Assembly (NCBI GenBank): GCA_964016885.1
Contig: OZ024745.1
Location: 22,444,001 to 22,508,000 of the forward strand
DNA: 64,000 nucleotides
Direction of reading: 5' to 3'
Source of the DNA: Eledone cirrhosa
Lineage: Eukaryota
The translations under genes and the position numbers were made by a program. Under the pieces are notes generated by a model. The model did no database searches, was not told where the DNA came from, and saw only the letters and a list, made by a program, of their open reading frames with translations. Shown here piece by piece: positions 28,936 to 42,898 of this stretch (positions within the stretch are counted from its first letter, which is position 1; every line of letters starts with the position of its first letter).

Positions 28936-29019
<84 letters not shown>

Positions 29020-29422
29020 ATCGTTGTTGTCACTGTATCATTGTTCTGTTGTTTGTTCTGTAACCCCAGATTTCTGTACATTCAATTGCTGCAGTCTTCC
29101 GTGGGGAATCATTATCACCATATCACCATCTTACCTGTGACTAAGCCGCCATCTTTACCCACATATATCCTATAGTTTTGTTATTTTGTTATTTACTATA
29201 TATTCGTCTAAGTTTATGGCTGTAATGTGATTGAGTCGTTATGACTAATAACATTCCAGCCGTGACAATCCCATCATTTTTAGGCAGACTATCGAAGTAA
29301 ATTGACTGAGTCGTGAGAGCAGCGTTTTCAACCTTTTCACCCTTATGAAACCCTTGAAATAGTTTTCATGTCTCAGGGTACCTCAATATAAAATTATTAT
29401 ATACCCTTCTTAATATCTTTCT

Positions 29423-29613
29423 AGGGCGGTGAATTGGCAGTATCGGTGGAGGGTCGGACGCCATGCTTTCCAGCATAGTTACGTCACTTTACGATCTGAG
29501 TTCAAATCCCGTCGAGGTTAACTTTGCCTTTCATCCTTACGGGGTCGATAAAATAAAGTACCAGTAATGTACTGGCTATTTGCTGGCCTTGTGCCAAAAG
29601 TAGAAACAATTAT
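29423..29613 (+). mobile_element. tRNA-derived SINE
   Basis: Full-length match to the family. Confidence 0.9.
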
Positions 29614-29794
29614 TAATATCTATCTCTTTTAGAGGTTGAAACCTTTATTATAATAACCAAGGGTTTTCCAACAATGTGAAGGACGTGTATAGTGGTGAAG
29701 GGTTGACTAAATTATTTATACTATTGCCAAAATGCCCCTAATTTGGGAATAAAAGGTAAAAAACAATTATATCAAACTCTAGTAGCTTACTTTA

Positions 29795-29922
29795 TTTTAC
29801 CGACCATGGAATGATGAAAACCAAAGTTGACTTCGTTGGGATTTGAACTCAGGACGTAGAAAGTCATAATTAAATACCACAAGGCATTTTGTCTGACGCT
29901 CTGACGATACTACCAATCCCCT
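29795..29922 (-). mobile_element. Diverged tRNA-derived SINE
   Basis: GGGATTTGAACTCAG and GACGATACTACCAATCC, reverse complement of the head. Confidence 0.7.
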
Positions 29923-29972
29923 CACTATCTTGAACTGTGTATACTGCAGTAGTAGTAGTAGTAGCAGTAGTA

Positions 29973-30003
<31 letters not shown>

Positions 30004-30016
30004 CAGCAACAGCAGC

Positions 30017-30098
<82 letters not shown>

Positions 30099-30434
30099 AC
30101 AGCAAATGATGTAACAATAAAAACAACCGAAATCTCGAACATGAAAACTGACAAATCTCAACTTCCTGTTTGATTCAGTGAGTCACCAGACAAGACTGTC
30201 TTCCTATCAATTACCTCCCTTTGTAACTATTTCTTTCTTTTTATTGTTTATTCCATTTGTTTTATTTTACTTTTGTTTCTATATTTTTTCTCGGTAATAT
30301 TTTTATATTCATATTTTCCTTTTTTTTTTGCGGTCTGTCTTTTTCGTTCTCTCGACATTTTTTCTTTCTTCAATATCATCATCATCGTCATTATTATCGT
30401 CATCATTATCATCATTATCATCATTATCATCATT

Positions 30435-30484
<50 letters not shown>

Positions 30485-31329
30485 GAACATCACCATCACC
30501 ATCACCATCACCACCAACTCCACCACCACCAACATCATTGTTCTCGCCACAGGGGCTGCCGCCGCCACCATCATCATAGTTGCCATTGTCATCATCATCA
30601 TTATCACCATTAGCATCGTCATCATCATCGCCACCACCACCACCATCATTATCATTACCATAGGCAAGTTATGTATGTCATCCACAATATTATTATCTTT
30701 ATCTCGTTCTTCCGTCATTTTTTACTTCTCTTCTTCTTCTTCTTCTTCTTCTTCTTCTTCTTCTTCTTCTTCTTCTTCTTCTTCTTCTTCTTCTTCTTCT
30801 TCTTCTTCTTCTCCCTCCAATGTGGACTTGAACAAATCACTGCGGGTCATCCATGTCGTATTTAGATAGAATTTTCATGAGAATAGCAGATAGAATTAGT
30901 CGAATTTAACCCCAGTTTCGGGTAGTGGGATATACGGACCACACATTTGCTGGACAGCTCCGGTCATCAGTTGAGTCTATAATGAAAATTGTGGGGCCAT
31001 CTTCTTTTAGACTGGAAGCACGGAAAGTCCTCATCGACCTGGTAGCTATGGCTAAAATAACTAATTGATGGATACGTCTAAATGGTTTAAGGATTGCTAT
31101 CACATTCTCTGGCCAAATCCACATCAACTTCTTCAAGTATCCCTACCTCCGCCTCCACAAAACTACCACCACAATCACAACACTACCCTACCATCAACAC
31201 TACGATTACCACAACTACAACCCATCACAGCAACACCACCACACTTCCTCCACATCAACTTCTCCAAGTTTCACTTAAGGTGGAATGTCAGGGTAGACAG
31301 GTTGAGGTTATTGCTTTCTAGTGTGTTTT

Positions 31330-31830
31330 ATGAAATATGGGTGAGAGCAACGTTAGATTGATGGGGCTGAATGAATCAACTCGAAATAAGCTTTTCTTAG
31401 CAGCAGGATATAAACCAAGAGAGGGCATTTTCAAGGCCTATGATTCGACAAAGTAATCCAAGGTTTCTGTGTAGAGTTTTACATGGAATTTCCCTAGAGC
31501 GCAGCCACTCACCCCTATCGTATAAACAACATCACATTTTCTATACCTCGTTGACATTTGTTGTGGTTTCGTATTGTTCACATAAATATGTATTACATGT
31601 GGTTAGAATGTCTCAGGAAGGAATCGCTGGACAGATTTTACAGGAAAAAACCAGCCGGTAAGAAAGCCCGAGTTAGACCCTGAGCAAGATGGTTGGACAT
31701 CATTCATGAGCTTGGCTGGTCTCGCTTGGGGACCCAGCCGGAACAATAGAGACGGTTGCTTCTGACAGGACACTCTCGGAGGAGTGTTTAAGGACCCCGC
31801 CACCATGACCCTCTCAGGAGTAAAGAAGAT
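31330..31830 (+). pseudogene. Degraded RTE LINE 3' fragment
   Basis: HVVRMSQE.IA.QIL..KPAGKKARVRP*ARWLD resembles the RTE C-terminal GHVxRM...GxRxRGRPxxRW motif. Confidence 0.6.
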
Positions 31831-31964
31831 GTAATACAATTCTTGTTATTCCTCCTGTTTTCCTTTCGTTGATGTCCCATTTATTTTACCTTTCAGTCCT
31901 TGTATTATACACGGTGTCTTGGTCCCTTGTGGCTAATAAAAGAAATCGTCATAATTATCATTAT

Positions 31965-32180
31965 TGGATTAGCAGTATCGGTAGAGCGTTGGACACCCTG
32001 CTTTGTGACACAGAGTTACGGCTCTTTGCGTTCTGAGTTCAAATCACGCCGTGATTAACTTTGCCTTTGATCTTTACAGGATCGATAAAATCAAGTACCA
32101 GTAATGCACTGAGATCGATTTAATCGACTTCCCCTTTTCCCCAAAATTGCTGGCCTTGTGCTATAGTAGAAATCATTATT
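31965..32180 (+). mobile_element. tRNA-derived SINE (longer variant)
   Basis: Head, B box GAGTTCAAATC, tail GTAGAAATCATTATT. Confidence 0.85.
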
Positions 32181-32283
32181 ATTATTATTGTTGTTGTGGT
32201 GGTTGTTGTTGTTGCTGTTGTTTTTGTTACTACTACTACTACTACTACTGCTGCTGCTGCTACTACTACTACTACCACCACCT

Positions 32284-32328
<45 letters not shown>

Positions 32329-32739
32329 ATTTCTCCACCTCTTTAATAACATCACAGCATATTCCATTTCCTTTGATGCAAAAACATCAAAATGTCGAAA
32401 GAACGGCTGGAGAGAGACTTTAAACATTCTCAGCAATATAGAGGTGGTTGGTTGAATTATTGGGTAGTGGTGAATATAGGTTGGGTCAGTAGACGGCAGA
32501 GTAGAGGTGGGAGGAGCAGGGGAGGGGGGAAGCGGGAGGAGGGGCGAGGTTGGGGGATCATGACGGAAATGGCAAGGATGGGGGGAGGTGTGTGAGTGGG
32601 AGGAGAAGAAGAAGAAGAAGAAGAAGAAGAAGAAGAAGAAGAAGAAGAAGAAGAAGAAGAAGAAGAAGAAGAAGAAGATACTGGTGATAATGATGATGAA
32701 ATTAATGATGAAGATGGCGGTGGTGGTGCTGCTGATGAT

Positions 32740-33695
32740 GTTGGTGGTGTGGTGTTGTGTCGTGGTGGTGTGGTGGTGTGGTGAAGTGGTGGTGTCGTGG
32801 TGTGGTGGTGTCGTGGTGTCGTGGTGTGGTGGTGGTGTGTTGGTCTGGTGGTGTGGTGTGGTGCCGTGGTGGTGTGGTGGAGTGGTGGGGTGGTGGAGTG
32901 GTGGTGTGGTGATGTGGTGGAGTGCTGGTGTGGTGGTGTGGTGGTGTGGTGCTGTGGTGGAGTGGTGGGGTGGTGGAGTGGTGGTGAGGTGATGTGGTGG
33001 AGTGGTGGTGTGGTGGTGTGGTGGAGTGGTGGATTGGTGGAGTGGTGGTGCGGTGGTGTGGTGGTGTGGTGGTGTGGTGGTGTGGTGGAGTGGTGGTGTG
33101 GTGATGTGGTGGAGTGGTGGAGTGGTGGAGTGGTGGTGTGGTGATGTGGTGGAGTGCTGGTGTGGTGGTGTGGTGAAGTGGTGGAGTGGTCCTGTGGTGG
33201 TGTGGAGAGTGGTGGTGTGGTGGAGTGGTGGAGTGGTGGTGTGGTGAAGTGGTGGAGTGGTCGTGTGGGTGTGGTGGAGTGGTGGTGTGGTGTTGTGGTG
33301 TTGTGGTGGCGTGGTGTGGTGGTGTGATGGTGTGGTGGTGTGGTGGTGTGGTGGTGTGGTGGTGTGGTGGAGTGGTGGAGTGGTGGTGTGGTGGTGTGGT
33401 GGAGTGGTGGAGTGGTGGAGTGGTGGTGTGGTGGTGTGGTAGAGTGGTGGAGTGGTGGAGTGGTGATGTGGTGGAGTAGTGGTGTGGTGATGTGGTGGAG
33501 TGGTGGAGTGGTGGAGTGGTGGTGTGGTGGTGTGGTGGAGTAGTGGTGTGGTGATGTGGTGGAGTGCTGGTGTGGTGGTGTGGTGGAGTAGTGTGTGGTG
33601 ATGTGGTGGTGTGGTGGAGTGGTGGAGTGGTGGTGTGGTGGAGTGGTGGTGTGGTGATGTGGTGGAGTGGTGGAGTGGTGGTGTGGTGTGGTGGA
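32740..33695. repeat. (GTG/GAGTG) compound tandem repeat
   Basis: Direct inspection. Confidence 0.95.
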
Positions 33696-33947
33696 GAATA
33701 TAAGAGGAATACCGACGAAGTATTGATAAAGATAGAGCAAGTGTGTGTCTGTGTGTCTGTGTGTCTGTGTGTGTGTGCCTGTGTGTACATGTATGTACCT
33801 GTGTGCTTCAAAATGTGTGTGTATATGTGTGTGTATGTGTTTGTATGTCCATGTATGTATCTGTGTGCTTGAAAGTGTGTGTATGTGTGTATGTATGTGT
33901 TTGTGGGTTCATGTATGTGAGTATGACAGAGAGAAAGAGGTAAAGAA

Positions 33948-33987
<40 letters not shown>

Positions 33988-34161
33988 AGAAAGATACAGA
34001 GAGACAGAGAAAGCAAATGTGTGTATGTGAGCGTGTGTATGTGCGTATGTGTGTGTCCCTCTGTGTATCTGTGTGTATCTGATTGTGTGAGTGTGTGTTT
34101 GACAGAAGGAAGGAAAGAGAGTGAGTAAGAGACAGAATAGATAGATAGATAGATAGACAGA

Positions 34162-34221
<60 letters not shown>

Positions 34222-35045
34222 AGAGAGAGAGAGGTGGGAGAGGGAGAGAGAGAGTGTGTGTGTGTGAAAGAGAGAGAGATGAGTGATAAAAAAACACATA
34301 CGTCCATCAAACGTTCGAATTGAATTCTTCGATTTCTAAAAGATCGTTGAGAAGGAATCGATCGGCGGAGGAGGTGGAGGTTGGGTGGGGCTTTGTAGAA
34401 GGGCGTAAGTGGAAAGTCGGAAAAATTGCTAGGTCATAAGGTGAGAAGGGGAGGGGTCAACGTGGAGATGTTCACATGATTGATTGCTGAAGATGTCTGC
34501 AGAACATTCAGTGACGAAGCAGACGGTAGATTGATTCTTGGCAGTGGGTTTTGGTATGGATGGGTGGTTTATGACATGGATGGGTCGATCTGTCGATATA
34601 TGGATGGATGGATGGATAGATGGATAGATGGATAGATGAAGATATGGGATCGATATTAGCAGCATTGAATGGTGATTTCTGGATGGTGAAAACTCATTGG
34701 TGGGTCTCGGATTGGCTGGTTGACGATGGACTGGGGGAGAAATAAAGGGAATCGACTTGTGAAATATTGCGAAATCGATATTTAGATGTTTGGTGGAGAA
34801 GAGAGTAAATTGGTGTCCCGTAGGTGAGGTAGCATTAATTATATCTTTATATTAGAAAAAAGATGTTAAAATATGGGACACGTAGCAGGGGTAAGGCAGT
34901 GGGAGTTACAGTTGGATATTTCTTATCTCTGTTTATTTGTTCTACTATTGTCTCATTACTCTAAATACTTCATAATATTACTGTTTGTGTTTCTACTTAC
35001 AATGATACCAATACACACACAGGCACACACGCACACACGCACACG

Positions 35046-35169
<124 letters not shown>

Positions 35170-35273
35170 TGTATATATGTATATACATATCTGTATGTCT
35201 GTATGTATATGTATATATGTTTATATTTATGTATACATGTGTGTATGTATGTATAAAAATATATGTACGAATG

Positions 35274-35558
35274 CAGGCAACTTCGACAAAATTACATAAC
35301 AGGGTTACGTTGACCCCAAACATATCACGGAAGACAGGGAAAAGAGAATAGGAACTTGAAAATTAAAAATTCGTTTCGGGGACTACCTGTAAAAAGACAT
35401 TTCTATTGGGAGGAGGCAGTCCCCGGAGACAACAGCTTTTTACAGTCAGTCCCCAAATCGAATTTTTAATTTTCTTTTTCCTATTCTCTTTTCCCTATCT
35501 TCCGTGATATGTTTCGGTTCAACGTAACCATGTTATGTAATTCTGTGGAGGTTACCTG
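35274..35558. repeat. Diverged fold-back inverted repeat (~125-bp arms)
   Basis: AATTACATAACA..AACATATCACGGAAGA..GAGAATAGGAA mirrored on the right. Confidence 0.85.
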
Positions 35559-35851
35559 AAGAGGTCATTCTCTCTTGCATCATATTTGGATGATGGAGTT
35601 GGGTCATTGAAATATGTATAGTGATTTCATGGAATTAAAGTTTTAAAGCATATCTTCCAGTCCCGCCTTCGGTTGTCATTTAATAAATATTTTACTCCAT
35701 TCCTGCACCAACCATTGGATACCACATCTACTATGGATGACTTGCATAACGTTGAGTGCTTTGTTTGAATTGTTACATCGGGATTTGCCTACCAATACCT
35801 CCACCTCTACCCATTAATAATCAAAATAACTTATATATATAAATAAAAACA

Positions 35852-35883
<32 letters not shown>

Positions 35884-36146
35884 TAGAATTGGTGCTCTGA
35901 AACAATAGCGTAAGGTCTTCGAAATGCATTTAATTAAGCATACAGTGTATTGCAAAATACACTGTATATACATTCATATATATATATATATACATATATC
36001 AGATAAGGTGTGGTAAAGACCAGCGAGACCATAACCCACCACAGTACTCGATACTTGGTGTAGTAGAGTGGGTAATTTCGACAGCTACATCCGAACGGAT
36101 CTAGCTGTCAAAATGGCCGGAGCTCGGCCGTCGGGGTGCCGAATCT

Positions 36147-36183
<37 letters not shown>

Positions 36184-36400
36184 AGTAAGTATATATATAT
36201 ATATATATATAGGAGTAAGTAAGACCCCGACGGCTGAGCTCAAGCCGTTTCGACGGCTAATTCAGTACAGAATTAGCCGTCGAAACGGCTTGAGCTCAGC
36301 CGTCGGGGTCTTACTTACTCCTATTACCCACTCTACTACCCTAAGTATTGAGTACTTTGGTGCGTTATGGTCCACCTGGTTCCTTACCACTCTTCCCTCG

Positions 36401-36429
<29 letters not shown>

Positions 36430-36432
<3 letters not shown>

Positions 36433-36796
36433 TTCACCGTATTTTTTACTAAAGGAATGTTAGCCTGATAATGGGGTTTAGAACCCTCAGATAAATGGAA
36501 AAAGATGAGTATTGACGTACATGGGAGTCGAACGCACATCTTTGGTTATCGCGACCACTGTGCTACCATTATTTGAATGGAAAGGGATGGCTGATGTGTT
36601 GGTGTAATGGTAGCACAGTGGTCGCGATAACCAAAGATGTGGGTTCGACTCCCTTGTACGTCAATACTGATCTTTTTTCATTTATCTGAGGGTTCTAAAC
36701 CCCATTATCAGGCTAAAATTCCTTTAGTCAAAAATACGGTGAAAACTATATATTTTTTAATTTCAAACCTGCTTACTGTTTCAAAACATACTTACT

Positions 36797-36800
<4 letters not shown>
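36430..36800 (+). mobile_element. Fold-back insert with tRNA-like (Pol III A/B box) head
   Basis: Arms 36432-36570 / 36606-36745; TGGTGTAATGGTAGCAC...GGGTTCGACTCCC; related piece at 21749-21905. Confidence 0.75.
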
Positions 36801-36851
<51 letters not shown>

Positions 36852-37981
36852 GACATATATATGTGTGTGTGTGTGTGTGTATACCCCTTATATCTCCACA
36901 CCCACAGCCAACACCAAACTAAAAGTTAAAATCAAACTGCTAGAGACACAACACCATCACATATACACACATAGAGAAAAACAACGCCTGCCACAAATAA
37001 ACAAAATCTTCTATTAAATCACCTCCCAATTTACCAAATCAAGAAATTGAAATTCAGAATTAAATATTAAATTAAAAATATAATTCATACAAAAATTAGA
37101 AATTAAATTAAGATACAATATTATGAAGTAAAATTTAAAAAGATACATTCACAGACATTCTGATACGGAAACAACAGTCTTCTACTGACAGCAACAGTAG
37201 ACATCACTTCGTTACAATTACTACCAACTATGGACACCAGATTATTTCTATCATAAATTCTGTTCTGTACTCGTTACTATTGCAACTGTGAAGACCATTA
37301 TCTCAATCACAATTTTTTAAACAATTTAAATTTAAGGATTCTCTCCTCTTCTTTCTACGACAAGATTTGTTAATATCACTAGTTACGTTTCCTCTCAGTG
37401 CGAGTTTATAAATTCAGTTTATTCAACATTGCACTTAATAGGTTAAGAAAATGTCTAACTTCCGGAGGTTCAATAGGCCGGTGCTTTTCCCAGTTTCCTT
37501 AAAGTTAAGCAATTGAGAGTACATGCTACCACCCCACACCTCCCACCTACCCACTGGACGCCTGTTCATCGAAGGGCTAGACACCCAGTTTTTGCAGGTA
37601 TTCATTTTTAGCTCAGTATATTGGAGCAACATGAAATGAAATGTTTTGTTCGAGAGCACAACACACAACCCAGCCGAGGAAACGAATCCATGACATTATG
37701 ATAGTAAATCCATCATCTTCACCACTAAATCATACGACTTTCTCTATATTATCTCCAACAAAACTATGGTTCATTTAATACACACGTGTGTGTTTTTTCT
37801 CGTTTCTTCTCGTACTTCCTCTTCTCACTCTTCATCTTTCTAAGAGTATTTTATCTTAAACTAATATATTTTTTTTCATTGTACTGTGTCGTTTGCTTTG
37901 TTATTTCCGTTTACTTTTTAAACACACCCACACACACTCACACATATATACACGCACGGACGCGTGCATACATACACACAC

Positions 37982-38055
<74 letters not shown>

Positions 38056-38267
38056 ATATTTGGGGAGGGTCATATTTGCGTAATATTGCCAGAATTAATA
38101 ACAGAACACACTCACTGTTTGGTTGGTTTTCGCTTCTCGCTGTCTTTTATATATATATATCTGCGATCTAACTTACTCGGTCCTCAATGTTGCCATTGAC
38201 TGACCGGCGGTCAAAAATAATACAGATACAATATAGACACAAACACATATATATAGTTTACATAATT

Positions 38268-38309
38268 TACATAAATCTTTCGTTGCACATCTGCAACATC
38301 GTCAGTGGT
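38268..38309 (-). ncRNA. Minimal hammerhead in Penelope 3' region
   Basis: CUGACGA-U-GUUGCA(GAUG)UGCAAC-GAAA-GAUU-UA; stem I weak. Confidence 0.7.
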
Positions 38310-38575
38310 GTTATATTCATTGTTCCTCCTGTTGTGTTGTATGTCTACGCCATTTTTTTTTTGTTCAGTCTGTCTATATATTTATTTATTTATTTGCTTG
38401 TTTGTTTATCTTATTTTATTTTGTCTTCTTTGCGCATGCGTTTGCGTGTGTGTATAGTGTTATGTGTGATGTGTGACTAGTGTGTATAGTGTTGTGTCTG
38501 CTGGGTGACTAGTGTGTGTTTATGTGCTTGTGTATGTATTTATTTATCTTATTTTATTTAATTTTATTTACTTAT

Positions 38576-39543
38576 TTATACTTCTCTTAGGTCAGTGTTG
38601 TTTGTTTGGGTGTTGTTGTTGTTCCACTCATTCTTTCTGTTTAGCTTTGGTCTTCTAATTTCTATTTCACTGGCCTCTCTGATTTGCATATCTGCTGGGT
38701 CATTCCTATGTTTAGATATTATTCTAATTTCTATGTTGTCTATGTTACCGTCATGTTGTTGTCTAGCATGTTCGTATAGTACTGACACGTTTTTTCGTCC
38801 TTTTAGTTCCCCCCAGTGTTGGTCTATCCTTTCACCTATGCTACGAGCTGTCTCACCTATGTATGTTGTTGTCATGTTTCTGCAAGTACCCTCTGTACAT
38901 CTTATGCTATAGACTACGTTTCTAGTTTTACAGTTTATCCGGGGGTTCACCTTACAAATGATACATTTCCTATTGGTACAGTGGGTTTTCTTAAAAGGGT
39001 AGGTTTTGCTGATCAGGGATTTTATGGTGGTTCCTGGCTTTTCTACCACCTTTATTTTTAAGTGGGTCTTTCTCAGGGCCTTTCTACACTGGTTAGCTAA
39101 TTTCCCTCCAGGGGTGGCGTCCACAAACATGACACTCTGATATCTCTGGTTGTCGTACCATGATGTGGCCTTCCCTATCTTATGTCTAGCCCTATCTAAG
39201 CTATTCCATGATTTGCTCCTGTATAGTGGGCAAATTCCTTTCATGTCCAGTTCTATGAGGGTCTTATACTTTTCCATGGCTCCTTCGTATACTCTGACTC
39301 TGTCTCTTTGGTTGTAGCCAGAGAACTGCATGCGGTTGATGAAGTGTTGGATGTGTCCTTCCATTTCTGTTGGGTCGCACATGCTGGACACATTCTTCAT
39401 CACTCGTACCAAATCTGCGATCAGAATATTAAACTTAGCACTACTGGACATTGCTGAGTTTTTGAGTATCAGGTATTTGGAGGCCATGGGTTTAGCATAG
39501 TGTGAGTGGAGAATTTGGGCTCTCTCGTCTATAGTGTTAATCC

Positions 39544-39545
<2 letters not shown>
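38576..39545 (-). CDS. Penelope-like RT thumb + GIY-YIG endonuclease (N-truncated, frame open)
   Basis: HYAKPM, FSGY, C-x3-C-x2-C linker, NVVYSIRC...YIGET.R....R..QH...REASEI...PKLN; ORF-track N-terminus is TA repeat. Confidence 0.9.
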
Positions 39546-39620
<75 letters not shown>

Positions 39621-39624
<4 letters not shown>

Positions 39625-40048
39625 TATGTACACGTACATACATATATGTATACAGACGTACAGTAGTATGTATATATATATATATATATATACATGCATA
39701 CACACATATATATATGTACGTATGGATTCACCGAACATTTATTATAATGCTCGGTGTGTTTGTAAACAAACATCCCGATTTAAGCCGTACAGTGTCTAGC
39801 AACCATCGTTGCTCATTTGTTCAACACTGACAAAGGAACGCTGTACTAGTTTCAAGCTTATTAGCTATCGTCAGCAACGTATACCTTCTTGCCAGATGGT
39901 TTAACGTCTGAAAGTATATACTTTCCTTATGCATATTAACGGCTGAGCAGCCTAATTTGCATATCGAGTGAGTTAATCGGCCGGGGTACCGAAAACGATA
40001 AACGGAAAAAATGAAACGAAATTTCATTTCTCAGTCTTAGTACGGCTG
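39621..40048 (-). mobile_element. Retrozyme-like unit (~440 nt), permutation 1, hammerhead at 39839-39879
   Basis: CGUUG-CUGACGA-U-AGCU(AAUA)AGCU-U-GAAA-CUAG-UA-CAGCG on minus. Confidence 0.8.
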
Positions 40049-40063
40049 TATATATATATATAT

Positions 40064-40378
40064 ATACTACTGTACATCTGTATAAATATATGTATGTACG
40101 TATACATACTTATATTAAAGTAACAGCCGTACTAAGAGTGAGAAATGAAATTTCGTTTCATTTTTTCCGTTTATCGTTTTCGATACCCTGGCCGATTAAC
40201 TCACTCGATATGCAAATTAAGCTGCTCAGCCGTTAATATGCATAAGAAAAGTATATACTTTCAGACGTTCAACCATCTGGCAGGAAGGTATACGTTGCTG
40301 ACGATAGCTAATGAGCTTGAAACTAGTACAGCGTTCCTTTGTCAGTGTTGAACAAATGAGCAACGATGGTTGTTAGAT
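40064..40378 (+). mobile_element. Same unit, inverted, permutation 2, hammerhead at 40293-40333
   Basis: Reverse complement of the neighbour, but reads through that copy's end-to-start junction. Confidence 0.8.
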
Positions 40379-40380
40379 GG

Positions 40381-40450
<70 letters not shown>

Positions 40451-40456
<6 letters not shown>

Positions 40457-41107
40457 CGTAAAATAAGAAAATTCTTAAAAAAAGTTTTTTAAAAAAATTT
40501 TAACTTACTTAAATTTTCACTCCAACTAATTAGTTTCTGCAATGGGATAAAGACAGTTACGTAATCCAACTGTCGAGAATTCATTGCGTCATCAAGGAGT
40601 CTATTCTTAGCTAAGTCTCCAGGCAATGCGCGGACACTGGGGACTCATATAAAAATAATAATAATTCGGTAGATGGAACAGCTAGCGGGGGCTAAATTCC
40701 ATGCACCGAAATCCTCGCTGCCTCTGGTCAAATGGCCGATTCTAAAGAATCAATCACGTGACACAGAGGCTAGTCAGTAGGAATGGGATGGTAAGATGAC
40801 AGACGCCTACTAACACCCCCCAAAAAAAATTTAGAAGTGGTTTAGGCAGGTTTGCTCGACAAATCAGTGATTTGGAGATAAATATAGATAATTTAATATA
40901 TCTACTAACATAAGCGCACAGATGTATGCTAATGCCAGCAAATACACAGGTTATGTCATAGTACCTAGGTGGTTCAATGCAGGAGGATGCAGAACAATAA
41001 TATAAAAGACGTAAAATAAGAAAATTCTTAAAAAAGGTTTTTAAAAAAAATTTTAACTTACTTACTTAAATTTTCACTCCAACTAATTAGTTTCTGCAAT
41101 GGGATAT
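40451..41107 (-). mobile_element. Retrozyme-like element, ~553-bp unit plus ~100-bp redundancy; hammerhead 40519-40600
   Basis: 40451-40549 repeated at 41004-41106; homologous to 22104-22705. Confidence 0.78.
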
Positions 41108-41126
41108 ATTAAATTATCTATATATT

Positions 41127-41191
<65 letters not shown>

Positions 41192-42031
41192 TCTTTGTAT
41201 ATATGTTATGACATCCTTATTTCTGTATAGATTTGTATATAGATTTATATTCTCTGATAGTTATATACTACCTGTTGGAGATGAATCCATATGTGTGTGC
41301 ATGTGTTTGTGCATCAGTGAGTGTATATGTTCATATATGTATGTGTGCATCTTTGAGTGTATATATTTGTAACATGTATGTATATGTGTTTGTATACCTC
41401 TCTGAGTGTATATATTAGCATCACGTGCTAAACATGTTCCAATAATGTGTGCAATATTATCTTCTTGTGTTTATATACAAAGATGTGTTTATTTGCAAAG
41501 ACGTGTCAGTGTGTGTATGTGTGTAGTACATCTGTATTAGTTCGTATGTGTGTGCTCCAGACGTGTCTGTAACACGTTATATTCTCTCAGGCCTTGACAT
41601 TGTGAGTGTGTTTTACAGTTTCTATATTCTTGAGAGTGAAATGGTTATGAACGTTTAACAGTGCGTTTGTATATGCAAATATACACTAGGGATGTAAATG
41701 TGTGTACACGTGTGTGTGTGTGGTTGAAATCGAGAGAGGGGGCGAGTGAGAAAGTGAGAAAGAGAGAGAGAAAGAGCTTGTGCTTATGTGACAGCCTGTC
41801 GCATTGTGTGTATCGTATTTGGCAGTCAATGTGTGATATATACAGTTCATAGTTAGTTTATTATCTGCGTCTCTACGTATTATCTGCGTCTCTACGTATG
41901 AACATGTATTTCAGTTTTAAGTTTGCACAGTATATCTGTGTCGGTATGCATATGTGTGTTCCTGTCCAAGTTACAGTCGTACATGCTGAGCATACGTATT
42001 TGAATATATGCATATATGAATATATGTACAT

Positions 42032-42155
<124 letters not shown>

Positions 42156-42208
42156 GTTACATCAAGGTTGACGATACGGAATGACCAGTTCTATCCAACA
42201 AACCCAAA

Positions 42209-42261
<53 letters not shown>

Positions 42262-42428
42262 TCAACAAGAGGTTTCCTACTATTACTCCAAGAATAACCT
42301 ACAAAGGAATTCTCGCAAACTCGCTACCTAACTAACTGAGTCAAACAATGCCGTACGTTAAAACTATCCATAGTACAGAGTACTCACAACCTCTAACTGG
42401 ATTACCTAAAACGATAACTTGTTATCCC

Positions 42429-42518
<90 letters not shown>

Positions 42519-42687
42519 ATATATAATATATATATATATAGTAATAATAATAAATTTGAAGACTAAAATCGAAAGAGGGCTCGATAAGGATGAATATATA
42601 TCAAATATATAAGAACCCTAGAGCAAATATTTATTAAAATAACACCGATTCTTTGCTTAAACTTTAATCTGTTATCTTAATAAATAA

Positions 42688-42785
<98 letters not shown>

Positions 42786-42898
42786 TTATTTATTAAGATA
42801 GATGGGGGTGTCTTAACTACGATGTTTATATCATCTACGTAGCGGGAGTACATTATCAGGGTTAAGCTGTCTTCTAATTGTTCATTAAGTTTTTGTAA

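Larger units (their letters stand above)
38050..39545 (-). mobile_element. 5'-truncated Penelope-like retroelement in (TA)n
   Basis: GIY-YIG ORF followed by 3' UTR with hammerhead. Confidence 0.92.

Noticed and set aside
30870-31130. Possible L1/Tx1 C-terminal remnant (LIDLVAMAK)
   Set aside because: Too short and degraded to support without a search
32457-34297. His/Thr/Pro-rich ORFs
   Set aside because: GTG-type tandem repeat
36598-36665. Functional tRNA gene
   Set aside because: Acceptor and anticodon stems do not pair cleanly, and it lies within a repeat insert
39821-40351. Duplicated 68-aa ORFs on opposite strands
   Set aside because: By-product of the inverted retrozyme-like copies; the third copy does not preserve the ORF
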